DNA of 64,000 nucleotides, taken from NCBI RefSeq assembly GCF_030028105.1, contig NC_092379.1:22111309-22175308 (forward strand), in the 5' to 3' direction. This DNA is from Mobula birostris (Eukaryota). The translations under genes were made by a program, and so were the position numbers. Position 1 is the stretch's first letter. Every line of letters starts with the position of its first letter. The notes beneath the pieces are model-generated. The model had not been told where the DNA came from. It searched no databases and saw nothing but the letters and a program-made list of their open reading frames with translations. This document shows, in pieces, positions 12,171-23,340 of this stretch.

Positions 12171-13385
12171 CGCAAACAACAGGAATTCTGCAGATGCTGG
12201 AAATTCAAGCAACACACACCAAAGTCGCTGGTGAATGCAGCAGGCCAGGCAGCATCTCTAGGAAGAGGTGCAGTCGAAGTTTCAGGCCAAGACCCTTCGT
12301 CAGGACTAACTGAAGGAAGAGTGAGTAAGAGATTTGAAAGTTGGAGGGGGAGGGAGAGATCCAAAATGATAGGAGAAGACAGGAGGGGGAGGGATGGAGC
12401 CAAGAGCTGCATAGGTGATTGGCAAAAGGGATACAAGAGGATCATGGGACAGGAGGTCCGGGAAGAAAGAAAATGAGAGGGGGGAACCCAGAGCATGGGC
12501 AAGGGGTATATTCAGAGAGACAGAGGGAGAAAAAGGAGAGTGAGAGAAAGAATGTGTGTATAAAAATAAGTAACAGATGGGGTACGAGGGGGAGGTGGGG
12601 CATTAGCGGAAGTTAGAGAAGTCGATGTTCATGCCATCAGGTTGGAGGCTACCCAGACGGAATATAAGGTGTTGTTCCTCCAACCTGAGTGTGGCTTCAT
12701 CTTTACAGTAGAAGAGGCCGTGGATAGACATGTCAGAATGGGAATGGGATGTGGAATTAAAATGTGTGGCCACTGGGAGATCCTGCTTTCTCTGGCGGAC
12801 AGAGCGTAGGTGTTCAGCAAAGCGGTCTCCCAGTCTGCGTCGGGTCTCGCCAATGCATAAAAGGCCACATCGGGGGCACCGGACGCAGTATATCACCCCA
12901 GCCGACTCACAGGTGAAGTGTCGCCTCACCTGGAAGGACTGTTTGGGGCCCTGAATGGTGGTAAGGGAGGAAGTGTAAGGGCATGTGTAACACTTGTTCC
13001 GATTACACGGATAAGTGCCAGGAGGGAGATCAGTGGGGAGGGATGGGGGGACGAATGGACAAGGGAGTCGCGTAGGGCGTGATCCCTGAGGAAAGCACAG
13101 AGGGTGGGGAGAGAAAGACGTGCTTAGTGGTGGGATCCCATTGGAGGTGGCGGAAGTTACGAAGAATAATATGTTGGACCCGGAGGCTGGTGGGGTGGTA
13201 GGTGACGACCAGGGGAACCCTATTCCTAGTGGGGTGGCAGGAGGATGGAGTGAGAGCAGATGTACGTGAAATGGGGGAGATGCGTTTAAGGGCAGAGTTG
13301 ATAGTGGAGGAAGGGAAGCCCCTTTCTTTAAAAAAGGAGGACATCTCCCTTGTCCTAGAATGAAAAGCCTCATCCTGAGAGCAGA
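12171..13385 (-). mobile_element. Penelope-like element, 5'-truncated, with GIY-YIG and pLTR
   Basis: ORF 12603-13373 contains GVIYCVRCPRCGLLCIGETRRRLGDRFAEH. TSD TGATTATAGG at 12161-12170 and 13386-13395. An equivalent empty CR1 site is at 16372-16381. Confidence 0.92.
12272..12307 (-). ncRNA. Hammerhead motif, GAAACUUC variant
   Basis: Reverse complement reads AGTC-CTGACGA-agggtcttggcct-GAAACTTC-GACT. Confidence 0.65.
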
Positions 13386-14254
13386 TGATTATAGGGATGA
13401 CGTGCAGTGGACTGAAAAGCTTGAGAATGTAGATATTAAGAAAGAGGATGTGCTGGAGCTTTTGGAAAGCATCAAGTTGGATAAGTCGCCGGGACCGGAT
13501 GAGATGTACCCCAGACTACTGTGGGAGGCGAGAGAGGAGATTGCTGAGCCTCTGCAATGACCTGTACATCATCAATGTGGTCCTCACAGGTTAATGTCTG
13601 TGCTGCACCTTGTCACACACAATATCATACTCTCCTGTCTGTATTTCAGGTTCAGCAGTGACCAGCAGACACACGCCCCACATTCAGTCAAGAGATCCCC
13701 GTGTGGCTGCGATGTTTGGAAATGGAGTCTCCATCTCACTCACTCGGCAATCCGAGGCTACTGCACTGCAACTGCTCATTTCAGGAAATAAACCTCTAAA
13801 TGTACCGGGGATGCCAGATGGGAAATGGGGGCACAGAGCCGGTTCGGTGGGCGGAGGGACAGCGGTGGATGATACATTGGGAAAATGGCAGGATATGTGA
13901 CACTGGAGGGGGTTTACAGGAGGGGAGAGGAAGGCAGGGTTAAGGCTTGGGAATGGGGAGCAGGGGAATGGGGGTGTGTTTAGTGATGGAGAAGAGGGAG
14001 TTGAGGAAGTGGTTGTTATTGTTATGGAGCAAGAAGTTGACATGGGGAGGGGGAGTGTGGTGGAGGATGTTCTGTCAAATTCTGTAAATCAAATGTTGTG
14101 GAAGTCATTGCCTATAGCTTTTCTTCCAGTTTTCCACTGGAGTTTATGTCATGTCATGATTTGAAATTGTATTCATTAAAAACAAAGAAAAGGAGAACAT
14201 GAAGTGACTGGAGTTGATAAAACGGAGGGAAGCCATTCAGCCCATCTTAGTTCC

Positions 14255-14525
14255 CTCATCACTGCAGAGATTCCATCTGCCTCCACGTACGAGTGGGTAA
14301 TGCATCCCGGGACAAATATCGGAGAGATTTCCAGCCAGTAATATATGAGTGTAGCCCCACACGTACTGCTCATGTTCATAAGGGATTTCTCACAGTGGGA
14401 ACACTGGGGTGCTGCACCCCGAGAAAGATACTCAGGAAAGCACAGAGGCTCATTGGAAGAGTTTATCAGAACCTTGTTATACATCCCAGAGCAAGATGTT
14501 GATGGAATGTTTCATAATGAGTGTC
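14255..14525 (+). pseudogene. Possible decayed immunoglobulin V-set (lambda-like) exon
   Basis: A single frame reads LITAEIPSASTYEWV..PGTNIGEISSQ*YMSVAPHVLLMF...GAAPRERYSGKHRGSLEEFIRTLLYIPEQD. It has V-framework-like landmarks, but the canonical Cys and Trp residues are missing. Confidence 0.25.
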
Positions 14526-14619
14526 TCAATCCGTATTTCAACACATTATCCGAATTCTCCCCACTCCATGCCCCAGAAAAATGTGAGTACAGGAGCTTCT
14601 CCATTGCACACACAATCTC

Positions 14620-14720
14620 CCTTCAATGTCTCAGCTGAAAGGCAGCAGCTCTGTCCCTCTGTACGACAGTGAACTGCCAAGTCAGCCTGAATTTCTGTTC
14701 TCACATCACTGAAAAGTGAC
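14620..14720 (-). mobile_element. Old SINE-like remnant (DeuSINE-like)
   Basis: Loose resemblance of GTCTCAGCTGAAAGGCAGCAGCTC...GTCAGCCTGAATTT to ancient chondrichthyan SINE sequence; recalled from memory, not aligned. Confidence 0.25.
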
Positions 14721-15074
14721 TCAACAGCATCAGTGCCCTGGAACAGAACTCACTGTGGGGACCAAAGGCTTTGGCCTGCTCGGTGTTTAGCTGAAGGAAA
14801 CTTTGTGCATCCTGCAGCATCCACCATCAGAGAGTGTGGAGCTGTTGGTACAAGTACAGGTGACTCAGAACTGGAGATCGACCATGTACATGTTTTAATG
14901 CAATGTCAGCAGGAGAGAGCATTCTGAAAAAATATGCCAGTGCAGGAAAATACAACAGATACTGGGGTAAACACATTCAAAGCAGAAAACATAAACGGTT
15001 ACTATTTAATGCAAACCAAGAATAGAAGAGAATACAACAGCTGTCTCAGTGATGAACACCAGCATTTATTTGAG

Positions 15075-17395
15075 CAGAGTAAGTCCAAGGGACAGACATT
15101 GGAGGAAGGCACAGATATTGAAGGAATGTACTCCAGGAATAGACAATGGGCAGGTATTCAGATTTCTGGATCATTGGGACCTCTTCTGGGGCAGGTGTGA
15201 TCTGTACAAACAGAACGGGTTACACTTGAATCCAAGGGGGACCAATATTCTGGTGGGAAGGTTTGCTGAGGCTATTGGGGAGAACTTAAACTAGAATTGC
15301 TGGGGGCGGGAACCGAACTGAAGTGACGGGGGAAAGAGAGGTTGGGTCACAAATAGAGAAAGTTTGGAGAGAGTGAGAAAGAGAGAATAGGCTGGTGATA
15401 GAGAAGGGATGCACTCACTCCAATGGTTTGAGATGTGTCTATTTTAATGTGAGGAGTATTATGAATAAAGTGGAAGAGCTTAAAGCATGGATCAGCACTT
15501 GAAGTTAAGATGTTGTGGCCATTACAGAGACTTGGATGATGCAGGAGCAGGAATGACTACTTCAAGTGCCAGGCTTTAGATGTTTCAGAAAGGATAGGGA
15601 GGGTGGCAAAAGAGGTGGGGGTGTGGCACTGCTGATCAGAGATAGAGTCATGGCTGCAGAAAAGGAGGAAGTCATGGAGGGTTTGTCTACGGAGTCTCTG
15701 TGGGTGGAAATTAGGAATAGGAAGGGGTCAATAACTCAACTGGGTGTTTTTATAGACCACCCAATAGTAACAGGGACATCAAGGAACAGATAGGGAGACA
15801 GATTCTGGAAAGGAGTAATAATAACAGGATTGTTGTGGCGGGAGATTATAATTTCCCAAACATTGATTGGCATCTCCCTCGAGTGAGGGGTTTAGACGGG
15901 GTGGAGTTTGTTAGGTGTGTTCAGGAAGGTTTCTTGACACAATATGTAGACAAGCCTACAAGAGGAGAGGCTGTACTTGATCTGGTATTGGGAAATGAAC
16001 CTGGTCAGGTGTCAGGTCTCTCAGTGGTTGTCACAATGGGGGCGTTGGGAATGGACCCAAATGCAAGACACAGGCAAGGAACAGGACTTGACTAGATTAG
16101 GGATGTGACAGGGTACAGACAAGGAGCAGGGACAAGAACGCAGACTTGGGCTTGGGCCCCGAGCTAGAGACTGGACAAGGAGCCAGAACCTGGGTCTTGC
16201 CTCGGGCTCGGGCTCCAGAACCAGGCAAGAACATGACATGACTACAGGCAGGACGTGGCTGGGGTCTAGAGGCTTGGGACTGCAGGCTGGGGTCTTGGTC
16301 TTCAGACATGGAGGCTGGGGTCTACAGGCTTGGGTTCACTAGTCAGTATTCACTACAGAAAAGGATCTTGGTGATTGTAGGGATGACTTGCAGTGGACTG
16401 AAAAGCTTGAGAATGTGGATATTAAGAAAGAGGATGTGCTGGAGCTTTTGGGAAGCATCAAGTTGGATAAGTCGCTGGGACCGGATGAGATGTACCCCAG
16501 ACTACTTTGGGAGGCGAGGAAGGAGATTGCTGAGCCTCTGCAATGATCTTTGCATCATCAATGAGGACGAGAGAGGTTCCGGAGGACTGGAGGGTGGCAG
16601 TTGTTGTTCCCTTATTCAAGAAAGGGAGTAGAGATAGCCCAGGAAATTATAGACCAGTGAGTCTTACTTCAGTGGTTGGTAAGTTGATGGAGAAGATCCT
16701 GACAGGCAGGATCTATGAACATTTGGAGAGGTATAATATGATTAGGAATAGTCAGCATGGCTTTGTCAAGGGCAGGTCGTGCCTTACAAGCCTAATTGAA
16801 TTTTTTGAGGATGTGACTAAACACATTGATGTAGGAAGAGCAGTAGATGTAGTGCATATGGATTTCAGCAAGGCATTTGATAAGGTACTCCATGCAAGGC
16901 TTATTGAGAAAGTAAGGAGGCATGGGATCCAAGGGGGCATTGCTTTGTGAATCCAGAACTGGCTTGCCCACAGAAGGCAAAGAGTGGTTAGAGACAGGTC
17001 ACATTCTGCATGGAGGTCGGTGACCAGTGGTATGCTTCAGGGATCTGTTCTGGGACCCTTACTCCGTGATATTTAAAAATGACCTGGATGAGGAATGGAG
17101 GGATGGGTTATGAAGTTTGCTGATGACACAAAGTTTGGGGGTGTTCTGGTTAGTGTGGAGGTCTGTCAGAGTTTACAACGGGACATTGATAGGATGCAAA
17201 ACTGGGCTGAGAAGTAGCAGATGGAGTTCAACCCAGATAAGTGTGAGGTGGTTCATTTTGGTAGGTCAAATATCATGGCAGAATATAGTATTAATTGTAA
17301 GACTCTTGGCAGTGTGGAGGATCAGAGGGCTCTTGGGGTCCGAGTCCAGAGGACACTCAAAGCTGTTACGCAGGTTGACTCTGTGGATAAGAAGG
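15075..17395 (+). mobile_element. CR1 (ORF1 end, APE, RT) with an internal deletion at an LTR-fragment junction
   Basis: DLYKQNGLHLNPRGTNILVGRF; GDYNFPNIDW; QHGFVKGRSCLTSL; MDFSKAFDKV. Same subfamily as 8820-13575. Confidence 0.9.
16029..16340 (-). mobile_element. Fragment of an LTR related to 24045-25186
   Basis: Begins TGTCACAATGG...GGACCCAAATGCAAGACAC; shares GCAGGACGTGGCT and the GGACT-rich repeats with the solo LTRs. Confidence 0.6.
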
Positions 17396-17869
17396 CAGGC
17401 AGCTTGTACAAAGTGCAGGCAGCTTGTCAGAGCCAGTATCTGACCCTGTGCTCTGTGGGGTGGGAGGGAGAAATGAGGCAGCAGATTAGAGGTTTGAAAA
17501 GTTTGAAATGAGCTAAGGGAAGGTGGAAGGAGAGAGAGAGAAGCAGGAAGGACAAGGACAGAGAGATCACAGTGTAAGAGGGAGAGACTCTCCAAGGCCT
17601 GGATACCAGACTAATATCCAAATCTGTGCCATGTTCCTCACTTCCTGCTCTGCACCCTGTGTTCCAGACACTGGGAATCTCCACGACTTTGTGGCTCTCC
17701 AAAATCTGATCCAAGTATATTTTTGCACAATACTGCATTTGGGGGCATTCCCACAGCGACGGACTGAGAATTATTCCTTTCAATCTCATCCAAATGACTG
17801 CTCTTACCTGGATGAAGGAAGCCTCTCATTGATGGGAATCGATCCCATATTCCTGAGTATTAGATGACA

Positions 17870-20500
17870 GCTGACACGAAAACAGATGGTATTGTGGGGA
17901 GAGAAGAAGGTTAGCAACAATTACAGTGGGATCTTGATCAGCTGGGTAGGTGAGATGAGGAATTACAAATAGAGTATTATTCAGATGAGGATGTCTCAGA
18001 GCGATTGCAGAACATTCTCAGTGAGGAGGGTGAGCAAACAGAAGTGGTTGCACACATTGGATCAAATGAGAATAGGAAGAAAAAATGGATGTACTGCTGT
18101 GCAGTGAATATAGGGAGAAAGAAAAGATGTTTAAATGTAAGACCCCAACAGTGGTCATCACTAGATTATTCCCAGTACCATGTGCAGGTGAAGTTGAAAA
18201 CTGAACATATCATAGATTAGTACATTGCTGAAACCTTGCACAGGGAGCAGGAATTCAGTTCAGTTCAGCAATTCAAGAAGGGTTACAATTAAAAATAAAA
18301 TGTTGGGAACTATAGATGAGCAAACCCAATATCTATGGTAGGAAGCTAATATAACAGAGCAAAAACTGGTGAGAAATTAGAATGGGAAGATTTTAGAAAC
18401 ATCAGAAGGCAATTTACAAAAACAAAGAGGCAAAACATCGAATACAAAAGTAAGTTAGCCAATAATATTGAAGAGGTTACCAAAAGATTCTACAGATACA
18501 TAAAGTGTAAAAGAGAGGTGAGGATGGATATTAGACCACTGGAAAACATTGCTGGAGACGTAGTAATCAGGGACAAAGAAATGATGGACAAACTGAACAA
18601 GTATTTTCCATCAGTCTTCACTGTGGAAGGCATGAGCAGTATGGTGGAACTTCCAGAGTGTTGGGGGCAGGAGTGGGTGATGCTCCTGCTACTTGGCTGA
18701 AGAGACTGTGGAGGCATTAGTAACGATCTATCACGAATCAATAGATTCTGGAATAATTCTAGAAGACTGGAAATTTCCAAAAGTCACTCCACTTTTCAAG
18801 AAGCAAAGAGGCAGAAGAAAGGAAATTGTAGGCCAGTTATTCTGACCTCAGGGCTTGGGAAGAAGTTGGAGTCGATTGCTAAGGTTGTGGTTTCCGGGTA
18901 CTTGGAGGCACACGATAAAATCAGCTGTAGTCAGCATGGTTTTCTCAAGGAACACCTTGCCATAGAAATCTGTTGGAATTCTTTGAAGAAATATCAAGTA
19001 GAACAGACAAAGGAGAATTGGTGGATATTGTGTACTTGGATCTTCAGAAGGCCTTTGACAATGTGCAGTACATAAGGCTGCTTAACAAGTTAAGAGCTCA
19101 TGGTATTACATGAAAGACAGTAGCAGGGATAAAGTGGCAAGAGGAAAAGAATGGGAATAAAGGGAGCCTTTTCTGTTTGGCTGCTGGTGACCAGTGGTGG
19201 GACTGCTCCCTTTAACATAAAATGTCAAAGTCTTGGATGACAGGATTGGTGGCTTTGTTGCAATGTTTGCACATGATACTAGATGGGTGGAGGGGCAGGT
19301 AGTTTTGAGGAAGTACAGAGGCTACAGAAGGACGAAGCCAGATTGGTAGAATGGGCAATGAACTGGCAGATGGAATACAATGTTCAGAATTGTACGGTCA
19401 TGCACTTTGGAAGAAGAAATAAAAAGGAAAGACAATTTTCAAAATGGACAGAAAATTCAAAAATCTGAGGTGCAAATGAACTTGGGAGTCATTGTGTGGG
19501 CTTCCCTAAAGGTTAATTTGCAGGTTGAGTGGGTGGTGAGGAAGGCAAAAGTGATGTCAGCATTCATTTGAAGAGGACTACAAGATAAAAGCAAGGATGT
19601 AATGTTGAGGCTTTACAAAGCACTGGTGAGGCCTAACGGAGTACTGTGAGCAATTTTGGGCCCCTTATCTGAGAAAAAATGTGCTGACATAGTGGGGAGT
19701 TCAAAGGAGATTCTCAAAAATGATTCTGGGATTGAAAGGCTCGTCACATGATGAGCATTTCACGTGCTCACTGGAATTCAGAAGAATGAAGGGTGACCTT
19801 ATTGAAACCGATCAAATGTTGAATAGCCATGTTAAGAGTGGATGTGGATAGGATGTTTCCCATGACTGGAGAGTCTAAGACCAGATGGCACAGCCTCAGA
19901 ATAGAGGGGTTTATTTTAGAAGATGAATTCACTGCCACAGGCGGCTGCGGAGGCCAAGTCTCGGTATAGTCAAGGTAGAGGTTGATAGATTCTTGATTAA
20001 TCAGGGTATGAAGAGATATGGGTAGCAGACAGACAATTGGGGCTGAGAGGGAAAATGGATCAGCCATGATAAAATGACTCGATGGGCCAAATGGTCTTGG
20101 GGTAGATTAGGATTAGTGAACAAGGCTCTGTGTGTGACAGATTATGCCTCATGGATTTCCTCTGTTTAGTCCTGCTCCACCTTCCATAAGACCATAAGGT
20201 TTCTCTCTTTCTGTTCCCATTAGTTCATTCCTCATCTATTAGGGCATAGTAGTTTAGTAGGAATGGCTCCAGGGGCAGTGTTTTGCACTCTGTGGGGATA
20301 TGGGAAGTCTGGGAGACTCCAGTCTCCCAGGTGAACACATCCGCTCCAGGTGCACCGAGTTGCAGCAACTGAGAGAATGTATTCAGGAACTGGAATGCAG
20401 TGATGATAGGAGATTCCTCAGAGAGCAGGACAGAGACAAGGTTCTGTGGGCATGATTGAATGTCCCAGGCTGTAACTATCAGGACTACTAGGACCGTCCA
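17870..20500 (+). mobile_element. CR1 fragments (esterase remnant, ORF2 RT and 3' end, then ORF1 zinc-finger remnant)
   Basis: EGEQTEVVAHIGSN; QHGFLK; QMEYNV; CSRCTELQQL-type zinc finger near 20290-20390. Confidence 0.85.
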
Positions 20501-20569
20501 GTATCGGGAGGACTGTGACGGTATCAGTCACTACTCCCAGTCCCATTGATTCATCGGTCAGTTCGACAT

Positions 20570-21880
20570 CCAGAATCAGAATTAGAATCAGGTTTATTAT
20601 CACCGGCATGTGTCGTGAAATTTGTTGACTTAGCAGCAGCAGTTCAATGCAATACATAATATAAAAGAAAAAATAATTACTTTATACTTTATTGTCACCA
20701 AACAATTGATACTAGAACACACAATCATCACAGTGATATTTGATTCTGCGCTTCCGCTCCCTGGAGTACAAATTGATAGTAAATTTTAAAAATTGAAATT
20801 ATAAATCATGAATAGAAAATAGAAAATGGAAAGTAAGGTAGTGCAAAAAAAACGAGAGGCAGGACCGGATATTTGGAGGGTACGGCCCAGATCCGGGTCG
20901 TAATAAATAAATAAATTTCAGTATGTGTACATTGAATAGATTAAAAATCATGCAAAAACAGAAATAATATATATTAACCAAGTGAGGGAGTGTTCGAGGG
21001 TTCAATGGCCGTTTAGGAATTGGATGGTAGAGGAGAAGAAGCTGTTCTTGAATCGCTGAGTGTGAGCCTTCAGGCTTCTGTACCTCCCACCTGATGGTAA
21101 AAGTGAGAAAAGGGAATGCCCTGGGTGCTGAATGTCCTTAATAATGGACGCTGTCTTTCTGAGACACCGCTCATTGAAGATGTCCTGGGTGCTTTGTAGG
21201 CTCGTACCCAAGTTGGAGCTGACTAAATTTACGACCCTTCTTTCGGTCCGGTGCAGTACTCCCCCCAATACCAGACAGTGATACAGTCTGTCAGACTGCT
21301 CTCCACAGTACATCAATAGAAGTTTCTGAGTGATTTTGTTGACAGACCAAATCTCTTCAAACTCTTCAAGTAAATCTCTTCAAACAAAATCTCTTCAAGT
21401 ATATTCACTGTATTGCCTTCATTGTAGCTGCACCAATATGTTGGGACCAGGTTAGATCCTCAGAGATCTTGACAGTCAGGAACTTGAAACCGCTCAGTCT
21501 CTCCACTTCTGCTCCCTCTATGCGGATTGGTATGTGTTCCTACGTCTTACCCTTCCTGAAGTCCACAATCAGCTTTTTAATCTTACTGATGTTGAGTGCA
21601 AGGTTGTTGCTGTGACACTACTCCCCTGGTTGGTGTATCTCGCTCCTGTACGCCCCCTTACCTCCATCTGAGATTCTACCAACAATACAATGGTTGTATC
21701 ATCAGCAAATTTATGGATGGTATTTGAGCAATGCTGAGCCACAGTCATGGGTATAGAGAGGGTAGAGCAGTGAGCTAAGCACACACCCCTGAGGTGCCCC
21801 AGTGTTGATCATCAGCGAGGAGGACACATTATTGTCAATCTGCACAGATTGGTCTTCCAGTTAAGAAGTTGAGCATCTAA
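20570..21880 (-). mobile_element. Rex1/Babar LINE, RT and 3' end, with another LINE tail nested at about 20680-20900
   Basis: HKFADDTTIV; HPGHSLFSLLPSGGRYRSLKAHTQRFKNSFF; (GATTCT)n tail. Confidence 0.85.
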
Positions 21881-21889
21881 TTGCAGAGG

Positions 21890-23340
21890 GAGGTACACAG
21901 GCCCAGGTTCTGTAACTTATCTCTCACTGCAAAAGTCGAGCTAACCCATGCCTGTAACTGTCTTGGACGGTTGCCCACTCGGTTCCAGGCGGATCCAGCA
22001 ACACACTGTGGATTTGAAGATGAGGATATGGGATCATGTGGAAGAGAGGACCAAAGAGACGCCCCAACATTCTGGGGAACTTGCAGCTAAGCTTAAGAAC
22101 ACAGTCACCAGGTCTCAAGTAATGGAACAGACTCCATTATGCCGAGCTTTGAAGCCTATTTGCTGGAGGGAACGTACCCTGTGTAAAGTCTTGCTGCCGT
22201 CGCCTGAGGATTCCGATTGGGATTTGGACTCTAATTTGGCCTGTTTCCACAAATGAGCTTCGTGAGCCCAGGGAGCAGACTCTGAAGTTGGTTGAGTCAC
22301 CCTGTCACCTAAAAAAACAAGGGGGTCATCCTCGAAAGAAGGTCCCGAGGGGTTAGCACACCCAAACCCGTCGAAAGTGCTTCCATCTACAAGGACATGG
22401 AGGAGGTCTTCAGCAAGGGAAAAGCATGAACTCTTCCACCACACCAACCCCACAACTGTGCGATAGACCTGCTGCCCGGTACCTGTCCCCCAAGGGGTTG
22501 ATTGTATGTGCTCTTGGGCCCAGAGAGAAGTGTATTGGAAGATTATATCAAGGGGGCTCTTGCCACAGGCTTCATTCAGCCCTCCACCACACCTGCTGGC
22601 ACAGGCTTCTTCTTTGCACAAAAGAACGATGGGAGCCTGCAACAATGCATTAATTATAGGGAATTCAACTGCATGATGGTCAGAAATCACTATCTCCTAC
22701 CACTCATGAATATAGACCATTGATGTGGGCCGTTACAACACCTTACAGCATTCCGCGCATGGGTTGTCACCGTTCAAGTAAGTTTGGTTATCCTCTGCCT
22801 CTCTTTACACACAAGGAGGTAGAGGTCGGGGTCCCTGAGGCTGAAGATTTCATCCAACGCTGCAAGCAGAAATGGATTAGGACAAGGGAAACTTTGCAGC
22901 TCCCCAAAACTCCAAAGATCAATCCCACCTTCCAAATCTCTAAATTAAAACCTGTCTGCATCAGCCCCTTAGCCCCACCACCATCAGCCCCGCTGCCCCG
23001 CTGAGAAGACTTTTGTACTTGCGTACTGCTCTGGGTATTTGACAATACCTCATGGACTGGGAAGTATTCGGACTCCAGGAGAGGTGCTGGGTGCCTGATA
23101 GAGATATCTGAGATCCTGCTCTCTTCCACAACTCTCATCACTGCCTCTCCAAGTAGCCAGGGTCGGCAGGAATCAGCGTACATAATAGGTCCTGTTACGA
23201 GGCACCCCCAACAGTCCCTGCTTCCGTAATTTCGACTCTGACTCTTCGCAGTGCAGATAGCTGGTGCGGCCTCCTTAAGGATTCTGGATGGTCCTGCTAA
23301 TTGGTAACGATGTTTTGGGCACAAAGATACCCCAGCAATT
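21890..23340 (+). mobile_element. Chromovirus-type Gypsy remnant: protease, RT start, integrase C-terminus, chromodomain, start of 3' LTR
   Basis: LPPHQPHNCAIDLLP; GFIQPSTTPAGTGFFFAQKNDGSL; PTFQISKLKP; QYLMDWEVFGLQERCWVP chromodomain-like; TGTTACG at 23193. Confidence 0.8.

Larger units (their letters stand above)
8820..13575 (+). mobile_element. Long CR1 copy: 5'UTR, ORF1 (zinc finger, coiled coil, SGNH esterase), ORF2 APE to RT start; host to three nested insertions
   Basis: CARCQMWE...HICTRCVELQLLRDRVRELELQLDDL; VIGDSIVRG esterase motif; LRCVYFNERSIVNK...AITETW APE motif. Confidence 0.9.

Noticed and set aside
13680-13790. Decayed C2H2 zinc-finger array
   Set aside because: No HTGEKP linkers and no correct Cys/His spacing in any frame.
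14542-14583. Recombination signal sequence after the V-like frame
   Set aside because: CACATTA and AGAAAAATG are both degenerate and the spacer is 26 bp, not 12 or 23.
21349-21410. Four AATCTCTTCAA-like repeats as a regulatory array
   Set aside because: Local slippage inside a Rex1 fragment at a deletion junction.
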